Source of the DNA: Callorhinchus milii
Lineage: Eukaryota
Assembly (NCBI RefSeq): GCF_018977255.1
Contig: NW_024704742.1
Coordinates: 64,358,001 to 64,422,000 of the forward strand
Direction of reading: 5' to 3'
Length of the DNA stretch: 64,000 nucleotides
Shown: piece after piece, positions 24,631 through 39,099 of the stretch
Layout: each line of letters opens with the position of its first letter
How positions within the stretch are numbered: the stretch's first letter is position 1
The notes under the pieces: generated by a model
Seen by the model: only the letters and a program-made list of their open reading frames with translations
The model's database searches: none
Told to the model about the DNA's origin: nothing
Program-made: the position numbers and the translations under genes

Positions 24631-27600
24631 CATTAAAGGGGGACACATAAGGAATTGTAGAAGAAAAAGATCTGCACAGAAACCAAGAACCAGGGTAGGT
24701 AACAGGTAAGTAACATGTGAGTGACGAATCAAAGGAGAAACTACACAAAAGTAACATAGCAACAAATTCAGACAAAATAGACCATTGGGCCATCTAGCCT
24801 ACCCATACGATTCCTGGAAATAAGAATGTTCACCTCTTGTCTGTTGCATATGGGACAGTTTTTCAGTGCCTTGGGACGTCCTCCCGACGTGAAAGGCGCT
24901 ATACAAATGTTGTTGTTGTTTTTCTAAATGGATTTTTCAGATTTTCAACAAGTTCAAATCATAGTTGAGTCGGACAGGTTAGTGTTGAAACTGAGCCTTG
25001 CAGAATAGCTACTGGAAGATAAAAGTGCCAAAGAGTTGGGGGTAGCTATGATGCAGTGCGGAAAGGACTGGGTCATGGTCAGGCGGGACATTCCCTGCTT
25101 TGGCTGCATTGTCAACGTCTACAACGCGAGTCTGAGGAACCATCGAGTGCAAAACAGGATGTTTGTCTGATCATTCAATCACAGGTGACACAACATGGAC
25201 TGTGGACACAAGGGAGGGTGAAAATAGTTTGAAAAATAATTGAAATAAAAAACGATAAGGTAGATCAATACATTATGACATCTATGCTATTTACACCTGA
25301 ATCTAATGTTCAGTGTTTCAATTAGAATGCAAGCGTACGTAATTCACAGTAAGGTACAGCCCATGTGATAAATTGCATTCAGATTAAATGCAGCAGACAG
25401 TGGCAAAGAGTTGCAATGATGATTAACACTTTCCATCTACATTTTGCTTCAATTACAATTTACCTCTGAAGTGAATACTTCAACTCTGTGCTAAATTGAA
25501 GTATGTCAAACCAAATATATAGGGTGGGTTCATCTGTATGAGTGCTGCTGTGCAGTAATGGAAAATTGTCAATTGTTGCTAATGCTCTGGATCTTCTCCA
25601 CTAAGCACTGGATTGAGATTGAACGTATTATGTAACAGTCCTTACAGCTTTCAGAGAAATCAATCTGGTCCTGTCTACTCATGAACACCAGACATAGAAG
25701 TCAGAGAGCACCATCTGAATTTTAGGCAAATCTGAGGCCAAATCCAGTCTACCTTGACCCAAATATCATTCTGCACTTTCTTGACCAAGAGGACCACCTC
25801 TGGAAGCACCCACCAACACGAGACGCAGTGGCAAAGAGTTAACCTCTTTCCAGAAATCTGTAACCTTGGATCATGACCAACTAATGTGGAAACGCATTCC
25901 TCAGTTTCTTCGTTCTCTCCAACAGTTGGGCAGGACTGCAGGCTTATGTAACTGGAACGAAAGGGAGTCTGGGAGCACCTGTGCGAGTGTCTCAACTGCA
26001 TGTCGTTTCATTTGCTGCGTGTCATCACAGATCGAGTGACACCCCAGAAACCCACCCATTCCCCATCAGCTAAAGTCTCTATTTGTTATGTTTTTGTTTG
26101 TATTGAGCTGACGTGTCCCACAGGAAAGTTGGATTTTTGGATTTCAGGTTCAATTTTGGATGCACTGAGAGAGAGACAAATATTAGGCTGATTCCTTCTG
26201 GTCATTACTTCTGTATTTTACCGCTGGAGTTAAAAGGCTACATTTTCCATCTATTTTCTGAGTTCTGTCTTGTTTTGCAGCAATTTTGTTTCATATGCTA
26301 ATTATTGGAAAATCAAGTCTCTCGTGTTGAAGCTGTTAAGGCTGTGACTGACCACTGCTCTCTGCTTTCTAACCCTAATTGAAAAGAACCCCCACTTATA
26401 CTACATGTTTGGTTGCAAACCACTGCCAAAATTGCTGCAATTCATCACGAGAGCAACATCTAAGCGCGGCATCAACATCTAATATTACAACGCATGTGGC
26501 AATAATTTTGCCTCTATTCCACAGCCAAAAATTACGTTGTTACTGAACTACCCAGAGGCTTCGGATTCAGCCTAGGCAGTCAGTGAAAACATAATTTTTG
26601 ACTGGTGGGGTGCAGATTTTGCCTCTCACAATGGATCATAGCTGGAAAATAAACATGAGATGGGAAAAATAATTCACAGGTCGTTGTTCAGCCTGCAATT
26701 TACAAGCCAAAAATAACAAAATTATCCTTGCATTTAACTTGTGCAAGATCATGTCTTCAAAATGTCTCAAAGCACTCAAAGCACCACATATTTTGTGGGC
26801 GAAACGTGGCAACCAATTGCGCACAGCAGTGATTGATTGACCAAACAGTCGTGGATTGAGTGACCAAATTGTTTTTAAGGGATTATTACCCCTGGAAAAG
26901 CGATCCACCAATCGACTAATAACCGGGTTACTACTTACTGCAAGGTAAACAGAGGCATGTGGAGTAAGGAAACTTGCCCAACATTTCGGGAGTTGAACCC
27001 AGGTCTTCTAGCTTGCAAAGGCGACTGCTCTTACCACTAAGCTACAGGACTCCACTTAAAAAAAATGGTGGGCACCCGGATCAGAAAGAAAGGAATCACT
27101 TACCTGGAGAAGTATGCTGCCATCTAGTGAGCGATAGTTTTACACTGTTGCTCATTCTGAAATGTGGCACTCTTTACCCCACTTTTTTTTTGTAAAGTCC
27201 TTCCTTCATTACATTGAAGTAGTCTAAACATATGGCGCTATAACATCAAAAATCACAATAGTCATAAAGAATAGTGGAAATGTAATAGTTCAGAGCACAA
27301 GGAAAATTTTGAAAGCCTTATCATGATAATTTGTTGTGCATGTTGCTATTTCCAGCTTGCTATGTAAATCCAAGTCCCATTGTCACTGGTTGCCAATGTT
27401 TATACTGGTGCTTTCATTTAGCGCATATTACTTTCAAGCCATGAAAATACTACATGAGAAGCCTTTTACAACAACAGCCCTGTGATGCAATATAAACATA
27501 TCTCTCCACCAAACAGAGGCACCGTGCCGCATTGCAGAGGCTCCAGTGTGATTAGAACCATAGAAATTACAGTCACAGCAGAAAGCCATTCACCCATCGA

Positions 27601-29965
27601 GTCTGTGATGTCTCTTTTAAAGAGCAACAGTTTCAGTTCCATTTATCGGCCTTTTCCACCAACCACTGTGGTTTATTCCTTTTTAGATATTTAGATAAAT
27701 AGGTTTACTAAAGGAGAATGATTATAAACTAGAACTACAAAAGGATTACAAATAATTACACTGGATAATTACAAATTGCAAAATTCTCGCCAACCTGCAT
27801 CTAAAACTCTCCAGGATTAAGTAAACAGCGCGCGTTGGGACATTAGTGATATTGAAAGTGCAGTGATTCTGTCCCGTTACAGTAAAATGCCCATTACTGT
27901 CACAGTGGGTTGATGATCGTTCCTACCTTAACAGGCAACTTACCAAACTAACACCAAGACATCCCAGAATGAAATATCCTTTTCTCAGCAATTCCTAAAT
28001 CAGCCTATCTCCTCCATGTTAAGCTGGCTTCTGAGGTGAACTGTTTGGCAACAGAATGGCAGAATAGAGTTAATCCTCCATTGCAATCTCAGTAGTCCAA
28101 TTCTTGAGCAAGGTGGGTCTTGCAATACTCCAGGGCACTGCAGATGACAGGCTAGCCAGCCTGGCTCATGGACAGTTCCTGGAGCAGTAAGTGGGAACAG
28201 AGATTCTTCCCACTCAGCTTCCTGTTAACCCTGTAAGCCAAAGTCCTAAAGGATAGGGTTCTCCTAACTGTCCAAGCAGTGAAAAAATTGCCAGTCAGCA
28301 TTCTCAATGGGAAGCTATGCAGTTTTAGCTTGTTAAATCTGGAACCTGCATAATCTGGGGTCCCCAAGTTTTTTGATTCTCCCCAAGCTGCGCCTAACAC
28401 TCTCCGTGATTAGGTAAACAGCTTATGTTCTTCCACGGAAAGAGTGCACATTCTATTCCAGACACAGGGAGAATTTCCACATGTGTATGTCGTGTATGTC
28501 CACATGACATACACATGTGGAATTCTCTGAGATAGAAATGCATAAGCATGTTGATAGGTTTCCACATGTGCACCCAGCTAACCAACAAAATGAATGAAAT
28601 TCAGACTAAACTGGGGCTGAGGATTTCCATTGAAGTTTGGAGTACAGAAAGCCACATTATTAACGGGGGGAAAATGTTCAGGAAAAGTATTCTTTACATT
28701 CTCCTTCCTTCAATCCTTAACCCTCCCACCAAACACTACTTGTTCTCACACAGCCCTCTTTCTCCCCTCGTCCCATTCCTTTCTTCCCTCACCCCACCCC
28801 AGCCCACACTCTGTTTTCCCCAAGCACTGTTTTACATGTCTCCTATTAATTCAAAGTCATACAGCTGGAGACCCACCACATCTGTGTCTCCTCGCCTGGA
28901 ATTTGATCACTTGGATACTGTATCCTGCAGATTGTCATTATACTGAGTGGGGATTAACATATTTCTCGGTCCTAGATGCTGATTCTGACACAACAATGTG
29001 ATTAAAATGTTTAGTGCCAGCCATGGCTCCAGGATTAGCATCCAACAGAGAGCCTAGCAGTAACCAGCCGACTGCGCTTCCCTCCTCCACCAAGAAAGAC
29101 GACCAAAGGTCAAGGGTTACAAATATAGCTTGTTTGTTTGTTTGGTCAGTCAAAATTGATAGCCTTACAAAATCATAAAATCATAAGATTAGTTCAGATG
29201 AAGAAGACCTTTCAGGCTGTCTGATCTCATAATACCAGAAAACCCACTCTACCATCCCCCCATCTCAGCATCAAGCTACTTTTGTTTGGAATCATACATT
29301 TAATATGACTTATGCAAAGTATGAATTATATGAAACTTGCATAGAATATAAACTCTTGAACTGTAATTTGAGCAGATGTACAATTTAGGGGATTATACGA
29401 TTTATACAGATCAGACTAACAATTTAATACAATGTATTGCAATTCAGGTGTCAACCTGGCTGAGCTGGCAGAACTCCTGCTTCTGAGTCAGAAGGTTGTA
29501 GATTCAAGCCTCACAGCAGTAATTTGATTTTATCGTCTCGGATGAGATTGCATTGTAGTGCTGAGGGTGTGCTGCATTGTTGGAGGTGCTGTTCTTCAGA
29601 TGAGGGACATTAAACCAAGGTCCCGTTTGCTTGTTCAGGTGGACATTAAAGACCCATGGCAATACAGAAAAAGAAAAGGGAGTTTCTCCTGGTCCCTAGG
29701 CCAACAATTCCCCAGATAAAATAGGTCATTCAATTTGTGACCATTGATGGGACATTATTGTGCCCAAATTGTCTGCCACTTTGCTGACAAATAATAGTAA
29801 TTCTTACATTTGATGAAGCTCCTTCCAGATCAGAATGACATCTCAAACACAGGATATACTGAAAAGTGGAATGACTGTATTTTGTGAGTGAATACAATCA
29901 TTACATTTCACAGTAAAATCCTGTAAAGCTCTTTGAGATGTGTCATCAACATAATAAGGCACTAA

Positions 29966-30556
29966 ATGATGATGAACCTTTATGAAACACTACTTAGAGT
30001 TCAGCTAGAGTACTGTGTTCAGTTCTGGGCCCCACACTTTAGGAAAGTATGTCAAGGCATTGGAGAAAGTGCAAAGGAGATTTACCAGGATAGTACCAGG
30101 AATGAGGGACTTCAGTTATCAGGAGAGGCGAGAGAGGCTAGGATTATTCTCCTTGGAGCAGAGAAGGTTAAGAGGAGACTTAATAGAAGTTTTCAAAATT
30201 ATGAGGGGATTCTATAGGGTGAACAAGGAGAAACTATTTCCACTGGGTGGGTCAGTAACCCGGGGACACCGATTTAAAATAGCTGTAAAAGAAACAGAGG
30301 GGAGGTGAGGAGAAATTTTTTCACAAAGCGAGTTGTTCAGATCTGGAATGCATTTCCTGAAAGGGTGGTGGAAGCCGATTGGATAACAACTTTCAAGAGA
30401 GAAGTAGATAGATATTTGGGGAGGACAAGTTTGCAGGGCCAGGGGGAGAGAGCGGGGGAGAAGAACTGATTTGGGTAGCTCTTTTCAAAGAGCTGACACA
30501 GACATGATGAGCCGAATGGCCTCCTTCTGTGTTGTAAAATTCTATGATTCTATGAT
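29966..30556 (+). mobile_element. 5'-truncated CR1 LINE: ORF2 C-terminus plus 3'UTR
   Basis: LEYCVQFWAPH / LEKVQRRFTR / ERLGLFSLEQRRLRGDLIEVFKI / TRGH.FKI split across frameshifts; ends in an ATTCTATGATTCTATGAT tail. Confidence 0.92.
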
Positions 30557-31893
30557 ACATCAAATATAAGGATTATTATTATTGATGATGATGATAATAA
30601 TAATCCTTCCATTTAATATAGTGCCTTTTACATCACAAGGCTGCTCGAAAGTGCTTACCTGTAAAGTGCAGTGACTGTGTGTTTTATGGGCAAATGACCA
30701 TTAAGTGAAAGACCAATTTCATATCTGGGGGATTATTGGATAGGGCTCCAAGAGAAACCCCCTTCTCTTTTTGATATAGTACCATAAGATCTGAAACATC
30801 CACCTGAACAGCCAGTTTAACAACTCATGCCAAGGATGGCATCTCAGACAAAGTAGTGCTCCCCCATTGGAGTGTCAATCTAGTCTGTGAGCTTAAAGTC
30901 CTGACGTGGGGCTTGAACCCAGAGTTCTCACAGATAAATTGTCAACATCTGCAACTTCTGCTTCCATTTCCCCCTATAGTTTGGGAGGATTATTATTTCC
31001 CAGCCAGTTTGACAGGTCCTTTCACACTACCGTCTTCATCTAGCCTCAATACTCCAACAAGACATCCAAGTCAATTGAACTCTATCAATTGCAACTCTGA
31101 AGTAGGCTCCAGGAGCACAAATGTTGAAATTGCCCTCACATTGAATCTGTTATGAAATGTCACAAATTTAACCCCCCGCACCCCACCCAACGATTATAAT
31201 AGATTATGTATATGAATGATCTGTTACAGTGCTTCAATTCTCTATTACCCTAACAGCAAATGTGGTCTCTTTTGCTGACTTTATTCATTAAATGTACTGT
31301 TATTTCTGAAAGGCTTGGCAACGTTCCTGCATATAAAGGCAGGCCCCCAGGCTGGAAGGAATAGTTTCACTTTTTGTGGAATCAGCCTAGCCATTGGAAA
31401 TTGTTGAAGATTTAGTGGTCTGAAATTCCTGTCAGTGTGATGATACAATATGATGCAAATTTACATTTGTGTAGTGCCATCAGGACTATCACAATGAGCA
31501 ATTATAATGGAGGAAAATTTCTGTTAGAGAGCTGACACCATCCATGTCCTACTCTTATTGAATATTCCTCAAGAATTTCAGGCCACAGAAGTCTCAGTCC
31601 TAGCCTGTAAAGGACATTTCTCCTTAAAATTTATAGTTATTCAGAATTGTGCAAACTTTTTTAAAAAGAAGCCGGTTTGATTTGGAAGTCGGTCCTTTTC
31701 GAAATCTGCGGAAAAACCCCTTCCAAATTAGGACTGAACTGAAGAATCTTTCCAGAATTCTACAGCATCTTAAGTTTTATGACAAGAAAATCTGAACCAG
31801 CTGGTCTCACGGCTCATAACCTGCGGAAACATTTGAGCCACAGACGATACAGAGCGAGTAGATCAAAGGGTTAAAGAGTGGGTTGGGGCTTAC

Positions 31894-32705
31894 CCTTAAG
31901 CCCCCGCAGATGGGGCAGGCGGTGAAGAGGGCGTGCGGGCTGCATACATCACACGTTTCCGTCGATCCCGCTCCAACAGGCAAAGCCACGTTGCTCCCTA
32001 TTTGTCCCTGTGGCTTCGGAAGTGACCAACGGGGCACGTAATCCAGGCACGGCTCATCAGACGAGTCTCTAGCACCTTCCTTCCCCTTGGCCTGACTCTC
32101 TGGGCTCAATAACTTGGGGTCACCAATATCCTGAGGAGCCGGAATCTGGTCCTTTAACGTGGAGGAAACTGGAGCCTTGGCTGTTGCTTCCTTACCAGCT
32201 GCCTGTAACACACTCCGCGGCGTGTCGTATAGATGCCTGGCAGAACTGGGAACCTGATACTCAGAACCAGTAGTCCTCAGCGTCTCGCTGTGCTGGCACG
32301 TGCACAAGCCCTGCTCTGGAGGCAAGTTCAATGGGAGGCTAAACACTGACCCGTACTCGTCAGCAGGGCCAATGTCCAGGCTCCCGGTGTAGGAAGAGAA
32401 GCTTCCGGAATATGACGAGTGGCTAGCCGTGGCAATGCCACTGTCGGAAGAGCTCTGGCGGCCCACTTCCTGTAGCTTCCGTGACCGAGGCGGCTTTAGT
32501 GGGGCTTTCGATCCCCGCATGACCTCCGCGTATAATCGTTCCTCTGCTGGATTCAGTCCCTTGGCAGCTGGTGGTGTGTGACCCTCTGGGAGGCTGCTCC
32601 CCGACAGCTGCTCAGGCCATATCGTCAGTCGGCTTCCAATACTCGCTGAATCCGACTGGCTGGTGTCTGAAGACTCGGTTGAGCTGGACAGGCTTCTGTC
32701 ATCTC
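31894..32705 (-). CDS. DOK7: DOK7 exon 7 (GDDRSLSSS...YQVP...YDTP...CPICGGLR). Read-through to TGA at 31807 gives a short isoform of about 552 aa
   Basis: cctag|GA acceptor. Contains RQSSSDSGIAT, the Crk-type YQVP and YDTP motifs and CPICGG, with an internal donor AGG|gtaagc at 31894/31893. Confidence 0.95.
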
Positions 32706-35700
32706 CTAGGGAGACAAGCACAAAGATCCACCCGAGTGCTCTAGAGAACACAACCTTCAACAAAACAGCATTCAATTCACGACAAAGCAAATTATCACCC
32801 AGAATGTGAACCCAGGAATGTAGGAATTGCTAGACGAAGAAAGACCAAGGTTCATCTAGTTCGCCTTCTACCATCCTGGTAGTCGCATGCTACAATAATG
32901 TGGATTATTGTGGATAGCAGTTAATTCTGCATGGATTAGTCTACAAAGGTTGTTGACTCAGTCCTGCACACTCCAAATACAGAAAAAACTCACATAAGTT
33001 GTGTCAGTCGGGACCATAACATTTAATGGTACATACCAAATTCCGAGTTGCAAGCAAACTATATAAGTCATATAAAATCTGATTTAATTAACAATCTTGG
33101 TCTTTCTTCGTCTACGTTACGTAACTTAATGCATCGGTATATGCGCATGCGATAGTCAAGATTACATTTCCCGCAATTCAGAGCTTCTTGACCCATCACC
33201 ATATGCACATTTGCTGGAAAACATTGGAATCGGATTAAATCACGGGAAATGAAGTTCTTCTGCACAAAGGTTGACGGATCAAGACTACATTTCCCGTGAT
33301 TCAATACAGCTGGCCAGAAAGTCCGCATGTGTCGATGGGTTAGGATGTAATTTCCTGTGTTTGAATACAACGGTAAGTATGGGAGTAATGGGTGGTGTGA
33401 GATTGGTGAGCTAGAAGGTGTTTAATACGAGTCATGCAAAGAAATCTATATGGTTTTGATAGGAAACTGCATGGGACTCACGTGGATGTATGACTTAGGT
33501 GATTATACGATTTATAAAGATTAGACAAATTAAGTTTTACTGTATTTCACAAGTTGTATTTAAAGTATTTGCACTAATATATAGCCTGTGTTGGGTATGT
33601 CAGCGACTATTCGGTATTTTGCGTACGTTCCTGGGTGAGCTCCCGGATATAACTTTAACCACTTAGCACAAACACAGCTTCACCCATATGCACATAACTT
33701 CCCACTCGAGTAAGGAGTCAGGCAGCCCAGCAATGCAGTGGTTTGGCGGTTTGCTTTGTGGGTTTGGGTTACAGGTGCTGAATCATCAGGAATGTCTGGC
33801 TCGCATGTCCGACAGCAATAAGAGGGAATGAACTACAGCACAGTTGAAACGCCAAGTTTCCTGACGCTGCTCAGATTAAACCATTGATTTTCGTAACATG
33901 GGCATGCCCCATCCTCCTCTCACACACACACACACACACTCCATCGCACTGTGAAGTGTAGTGACTGTGTTTTTGTTGGCAAACGCAATAGCCAAATTAT
34001 AATAATAATAATCCTTGTATATGATACAATGCCTTATCACGTTATTGAGAAATCTCAAAGAACTTCACAAAATATACTGTAATGTGGATTGATTATGTAT
34101 TTTGTTTGAGAAGCTCGTCAGTAAATTGCACACAGCAGTGTCCCACAAACAATTGTGGATTGCGTGACCAATTTTTTAGGGGATTATTATCCCCGGAAAG
34201 CTATCCGCCAATTGATAACAACCGGGTTCTTACTTACTGCTAGGTAAACAGAAGTGTGCGGAGTAAGGAAACTTGCCTAAGGTTTCACCCCACCTGGGAA
34301 TCGAACCCAGGTCTCTTGCTTGCAAAGCAAGCGCACTTATCACTATCCTATGGGACTTCACTGCAAATTGCACTCAACAACGTCCAACAGGAACATCAGA
34401 GTCAGTTCAAAGTCACAGATGACTCTCACTGAACTCTTGACTCAGAATGGGGAAGGAGAGGGGCAGTGTGGGCCGTGTGGGCAGTGTGGGCAGCGTGGGT
34501 CCACTTGGATTCAAATCCAGACGCCTCTGGTCCATGTCCGTAACGGTAAGTAAACAGTTAAACATCTGGATGGCCTCCAAAATCAGCAGAGAATGACAAA
34601 TGTAAATCCTTTTAATTTGCCAACTGTATAACGTGCAGAGATCCCTTAGAGACACAATTCCCGCGCCTAGAATGCAAAGCAGTTATTAACGCTACTGTAA
34701 AAGGTGAAACTCTGGAGTTGAGCTGGCTTTCAGCCACATTTTATACACTTGCAAATTGGAAGCCAGCACCTTTACTTTTAGAGACATTTAATGCAGCATT
34801 GAGGGGTCGGGCTCCAGGCAGTGATAATGAGCATTACTGCACCAGTTACATTTCCCCCCAAAGCAACCAGGTCTAACTCACTGATTCATAATTGCTAAAT
34901 CCCAGCCAAAATGTTATCAGAGAGCAGTGGGAAGATTCTCGGTTTGTTGGTGTGCCCAACCCACAGTCCATTAGAAAAGCTCTTAATATATTGGACCACT
35001 GCAAAAACAGGTCAACACAGCTATGGTTCTACCTGGGATAGAGAGACATTCTGAAAGAAAAGGTGGGAGTTCTTATATAATAGTAATAAACCTGGCATTT
35101 GATATAGCGCCTTATTACATCTTTGAGACGCTTCAAAGCACTTCACAGAATATTCTGTAAAGTGAATTTTGTGAGTGAAACATGGCAACCAATTGCGCAC
35201 AGCAGTGTCCCAAAATCAGTCTTGGATTGAGTGACCACATTTTTTTTCAATTTTGAAGGTATTATTACCCTCGGAAAAGTGATCCGACAATCGACTAACA
35301 ACCAGGTTCCTACTTACTGCTTGGTAAACAGAGAAGTGTGGAGTAAGGAAACATTTCACCCTGCCCAGGAATCGAACCCAGGTCCTCTCAGTTGTGAGGT
35401 GAGTGCTCTAACTAATAAGCTCCAGGACTCTTAATGTTGTCAAAAGGGAACCTTGGTTTGGACACTTTGTAGCAAATGTCAGGCTATCTCATCACAAGCC
35501 ATTCTTTATCTTAAGTATTCCACTGAGGGGAAGTACAAAGCAGGCCATCAACACATTATTGTGCATCTTTTTCTGCTAGCAACTGAGTGCCTCAATTCCT
35601 ACCCAAGGAATTACAAATGGACATTACTCAATTAATTCATTACTCAGTTCCTGGTACAGATTTGGATATTTGTAAAACAACTGTATGCCAGAAATTCCAC

Positions 35701-37851
35701 TTACAATACAGTATAAATGTACTATCTATATAACACCTTTACATCCAGAGGACATCTTGAGGCACTGAACAGTCTAAGGTTTGCACCTGAGCTGGGGTGG
35801 TGGCCAACGGGGTGGAAGGCAATAGACCGGAGGAGGGAAGATGGCCAAAAGCCCGGTCAAAGAGGAGGAACTTGAAGGAGGCGAGGGAATGGGCAACTTG
35901 AAAGGACTCTGGGATTGATTTACATAAAGTGGGGAAGATAGGCTAAAAAGCCTGACCGTCGATGGTGAGCCAGGGGACTTAAAGGAAGCCAGTGTGCGCT
36001 GGTCGGAGGGAGCAGCTGGATTTTTACGATTTGAGAAGGTCGCAGAGGTAGGTGGTGCAAGACTATGGAAGGATTTAAAGCTTAGGACAAGACCTTGGAA
36101 CACGATCTGCTGGGGGATGAGGAGTCGATTGAGCTGAGCAAGGATGGGTATGATAGGCTCCCGGAGCCTATTGCTGGAAAGGACACAAGCTGCAGAGTTC
36201 TAGATAGTCGGCATCTGGTGAAGGGAAGAGACAGGTAGTCCTATGAGAGTTGGTGTAGTCTAGCCTGGACGTGATGAATGTGTACGTTAGCGTCTCAGAG
36301 CTTTTGGGAGAGGGAGTGGCAGAGATGTTATGTTATGGAGATGGGGGAAAGCTGAGTGGGTCAGAGCACCAGTATAAAGTTTAGAAGCTTTTAAGATCAT
36401 TTGATTGTAAAATTTAAGATCGCACAAAATTGTGGAGTATTCTTCAATTGAGTTTTCATATAGTCTAGGCTGACTCTTGAATGCATTGCTGGGGGGTGCA
36501 CTGCATTGTTAGAGGTTACATCCTTCTGATAAGATGTGAAACCCAGGTCCAAGGAAGAGGGAAGAAGGAGAGGACACCATCCATGTCCGCATTGCACTGT
36601 AGAAGGCAGTGATTTGGGACTATTCAAATATCCGGACTCAGGTTAATTTGTTTTATACGAACAGTCACGGGGAAATTTATTCAATAAACCAAATTATTTA
36701 TATATCCTGTATTCAATTAACTGATCTATATTCTTAGATTAGGCACCTACATTGTTTGGGATTTCTAAATTCTATTCAATAAACCAAACCATGTGTTTAT
36801 CTAACTATTCAATTATCCAAATTTCTCTGTATAAAATGTGAGTCTCTGTAAGGGAGGGTGGGTGGGATGTGGATTTGGATGGATTTAATTTCCGCCAACG
36901 TGAAACCAGTGTAACTAGGAGACATAGAAGGTGCTGCCAGAGAGGAGTTTGATTGGCAACTGTGATGCCCTTGTCCTGCTGAAGGCAAGGACAGACTCAT
37001 GGACGTGTTAGACCCAGGAGTGAAGTTTTATAAATAGAGCAAGCAGCTAAAATAGCTCAGGAATTTAAAGAAAGAGACAGAAAGAGAGACAGCGGAATGG
37101 GTAAGAGCGACAGTCAGGCAAAGAGGAAGTTAAGCAAAAGGACTGAGGGCCAGGTGCAGAAAAGTGAGATATGAGTGATGATAATAATAATAACAACAAA
37201 AGTAATCCTTGCATTTGATTTAGAGTCTTTCTCTTCGGAGAACATCTCAAAGTGATTCACAGGATATACTGTAAAGCTTACTAACTGTGTAGTTTGTAGG
37301 CAAACGCGGCAGCCAATTTATACACAGTAATGTCCCACTATCAGCCATGAAGTGAATGACCAATTTTATCTGGGGGATTGTTGGCCAGAACACCATGAAT
37401 AACTCACTTCTCTTTTCAAATAGTACCATGGCATCTTTAAAGTCCACCTGAACAGGCCGACAATACGGCAGTTTAACATCTCATCTGTAGGAAGCACATC
37501 CGACACCACAACAAATCCCCCTGCACTGCACTGGAGTCTCAGCCTGAACTTGGTGAGTTCAAATTCCTGGTGTGGAGCTTGAGCCAACAGGTTCTGGCTC
37601 AGACCAGAGCGCTACCAATTCAGTTAAGCTGTCATGGATCTGAAGGAAATTCGCACAATAGGATAAAGTTTGTCCACCCTCTTTCAATTCAATACAAAAC
37701 AAATTGACATTTATATTGCGACTTTCATGTCCCAAGGCAGTTAACAATCCTGACTTGGTAGCCGAACTGGGGGTGTTAGATGAAGGGGGGTTATTATTTA
37801 TTATTATTATTGCAGTCACTTTTTGCATTTGCTAAAAGTTCCACTTCTTAC

Positions 37852-37959
37852 CTCCGCTGCTTTGTCGGCTGGTGTGAGAAAGAAGACTCAAACGTTTCTC
37901 CAGCTCCTGTGCTTCATGAGTAATTCTCTCCTCCATATAGGCTGGGTTTGCATTGGGAT
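37852..37959 (-). CDS. DOK7: DOK7 exon 6 (DPNANPAYMEERITHEAQELEKRLSLLSHTSRQSSG)
   Basis: 108 nt, ttag|AT...GGAG|gtaaga; contains LEKRLSLL. Translated by hand; absent from the ORF track. Confidence 0.95.
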
Positions 37960-39099
37960 CTAACATTCAACAAGAAAAAATAAAAGACTTGGCACAAAAG
38001 TACGAAACAACATAATTTTCTGCCTCTGATCTTCATTCCTGGGGGTTTTCTGACTCATTCCCTCCCTCACCTTGTTCAAGATCTGTCTCAAGGCCTACCT
38101 CTTTAACCATGCATTTGGTTATCAGGTGCCAAGCCAGGACTGTTATGCAAATTGGGACGTCCTCCCGACATGAAAAGCGCTACATAAATGTAAATTTGTG
38201 TTGTATTGCAATTGAGCTCAATCCTGTTTTCACAAGCACGCTATTACGCAGATGTTACTGGATAGCAATCATCACCATAAACCCTGGCTGATTTGTTTTT
38301 CACCTTATTTAACCCAAAGTGAGCTAAAGCCAATTGCAATTTATTTTTTGTGTTCATTTAGTGCAAATCTGACATGGTTCATAACTTTTGGAGGACGTCC
38401 CCAAGATTTTCACGAGGTATACTGTAAAGTGGAGTGACTGCGTTTTGTAGATGAATGTAGCAGATAATTTGCACACAGCAATGTCCCACAAACAGCCAAA
38501 GTGAATGATCCATTTTACCCTTTATATTTCACTGTATTTTTGAGCGATCTGATTTGGTGTTTGGATAATAGCCAGCAGGAACATTCATTCAAAATTGTGA
38601 AAGACCCCTTGCTGAGCGGGTGTATGATACTGGTGTACAGAGTTAATGATTTTAAAAAACTGTCAGGTGAATTTCCATGCCCTCAGCTCTGGAAGTAACA
38701 GACTGACTTCAATGCACATGTGAAGGGACTCATTTTATTTCACTTGAAAGGAATTTAAGCCCATTGACAAGATTACACACTGAACACCAGAGGATACCTG
38801 ATCCAGCTCTGGACAATTTCATTAATCACTGCCTATTTCATTCACCAGGACTAAATTATATCTTTTCACACCGAGTATCGTGTTCAGCGGGTGCTTTAAC
38901 TAACACTCAAACACTTCTCCCAAAGCTTCTTCTGAGCCAGACACCAGACAATCCTGGTTAACTTGTGCTCTGATTTTTTTCGTTCCTGTTAAAAGATTTC
39001 TGGTCTCTGGCCAACACCTTCCCCTAAAAGCATGCCTGAGACTGGCAGCTCCCTGTGTACAAACACAATGTCCCTTGATGCTGTCTATTACTCTACTAT

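Noticed and set aside
31807..32790. 327-aa ORF as a stand-alone gene
   Set aside because: It is DOK7 exon 7 plus flanking intron. The first 28 or so residues lie upstream of the acceptor at 32706.
34413..34655. Pro-rich minus ORF (PTLPTLPTRPTLP) as an extra DOK7 exon
   Set aside because: It comes from a short gggcagtgt repeat, and exons 6 and 7 already join in frame with a DOK7-like junction.
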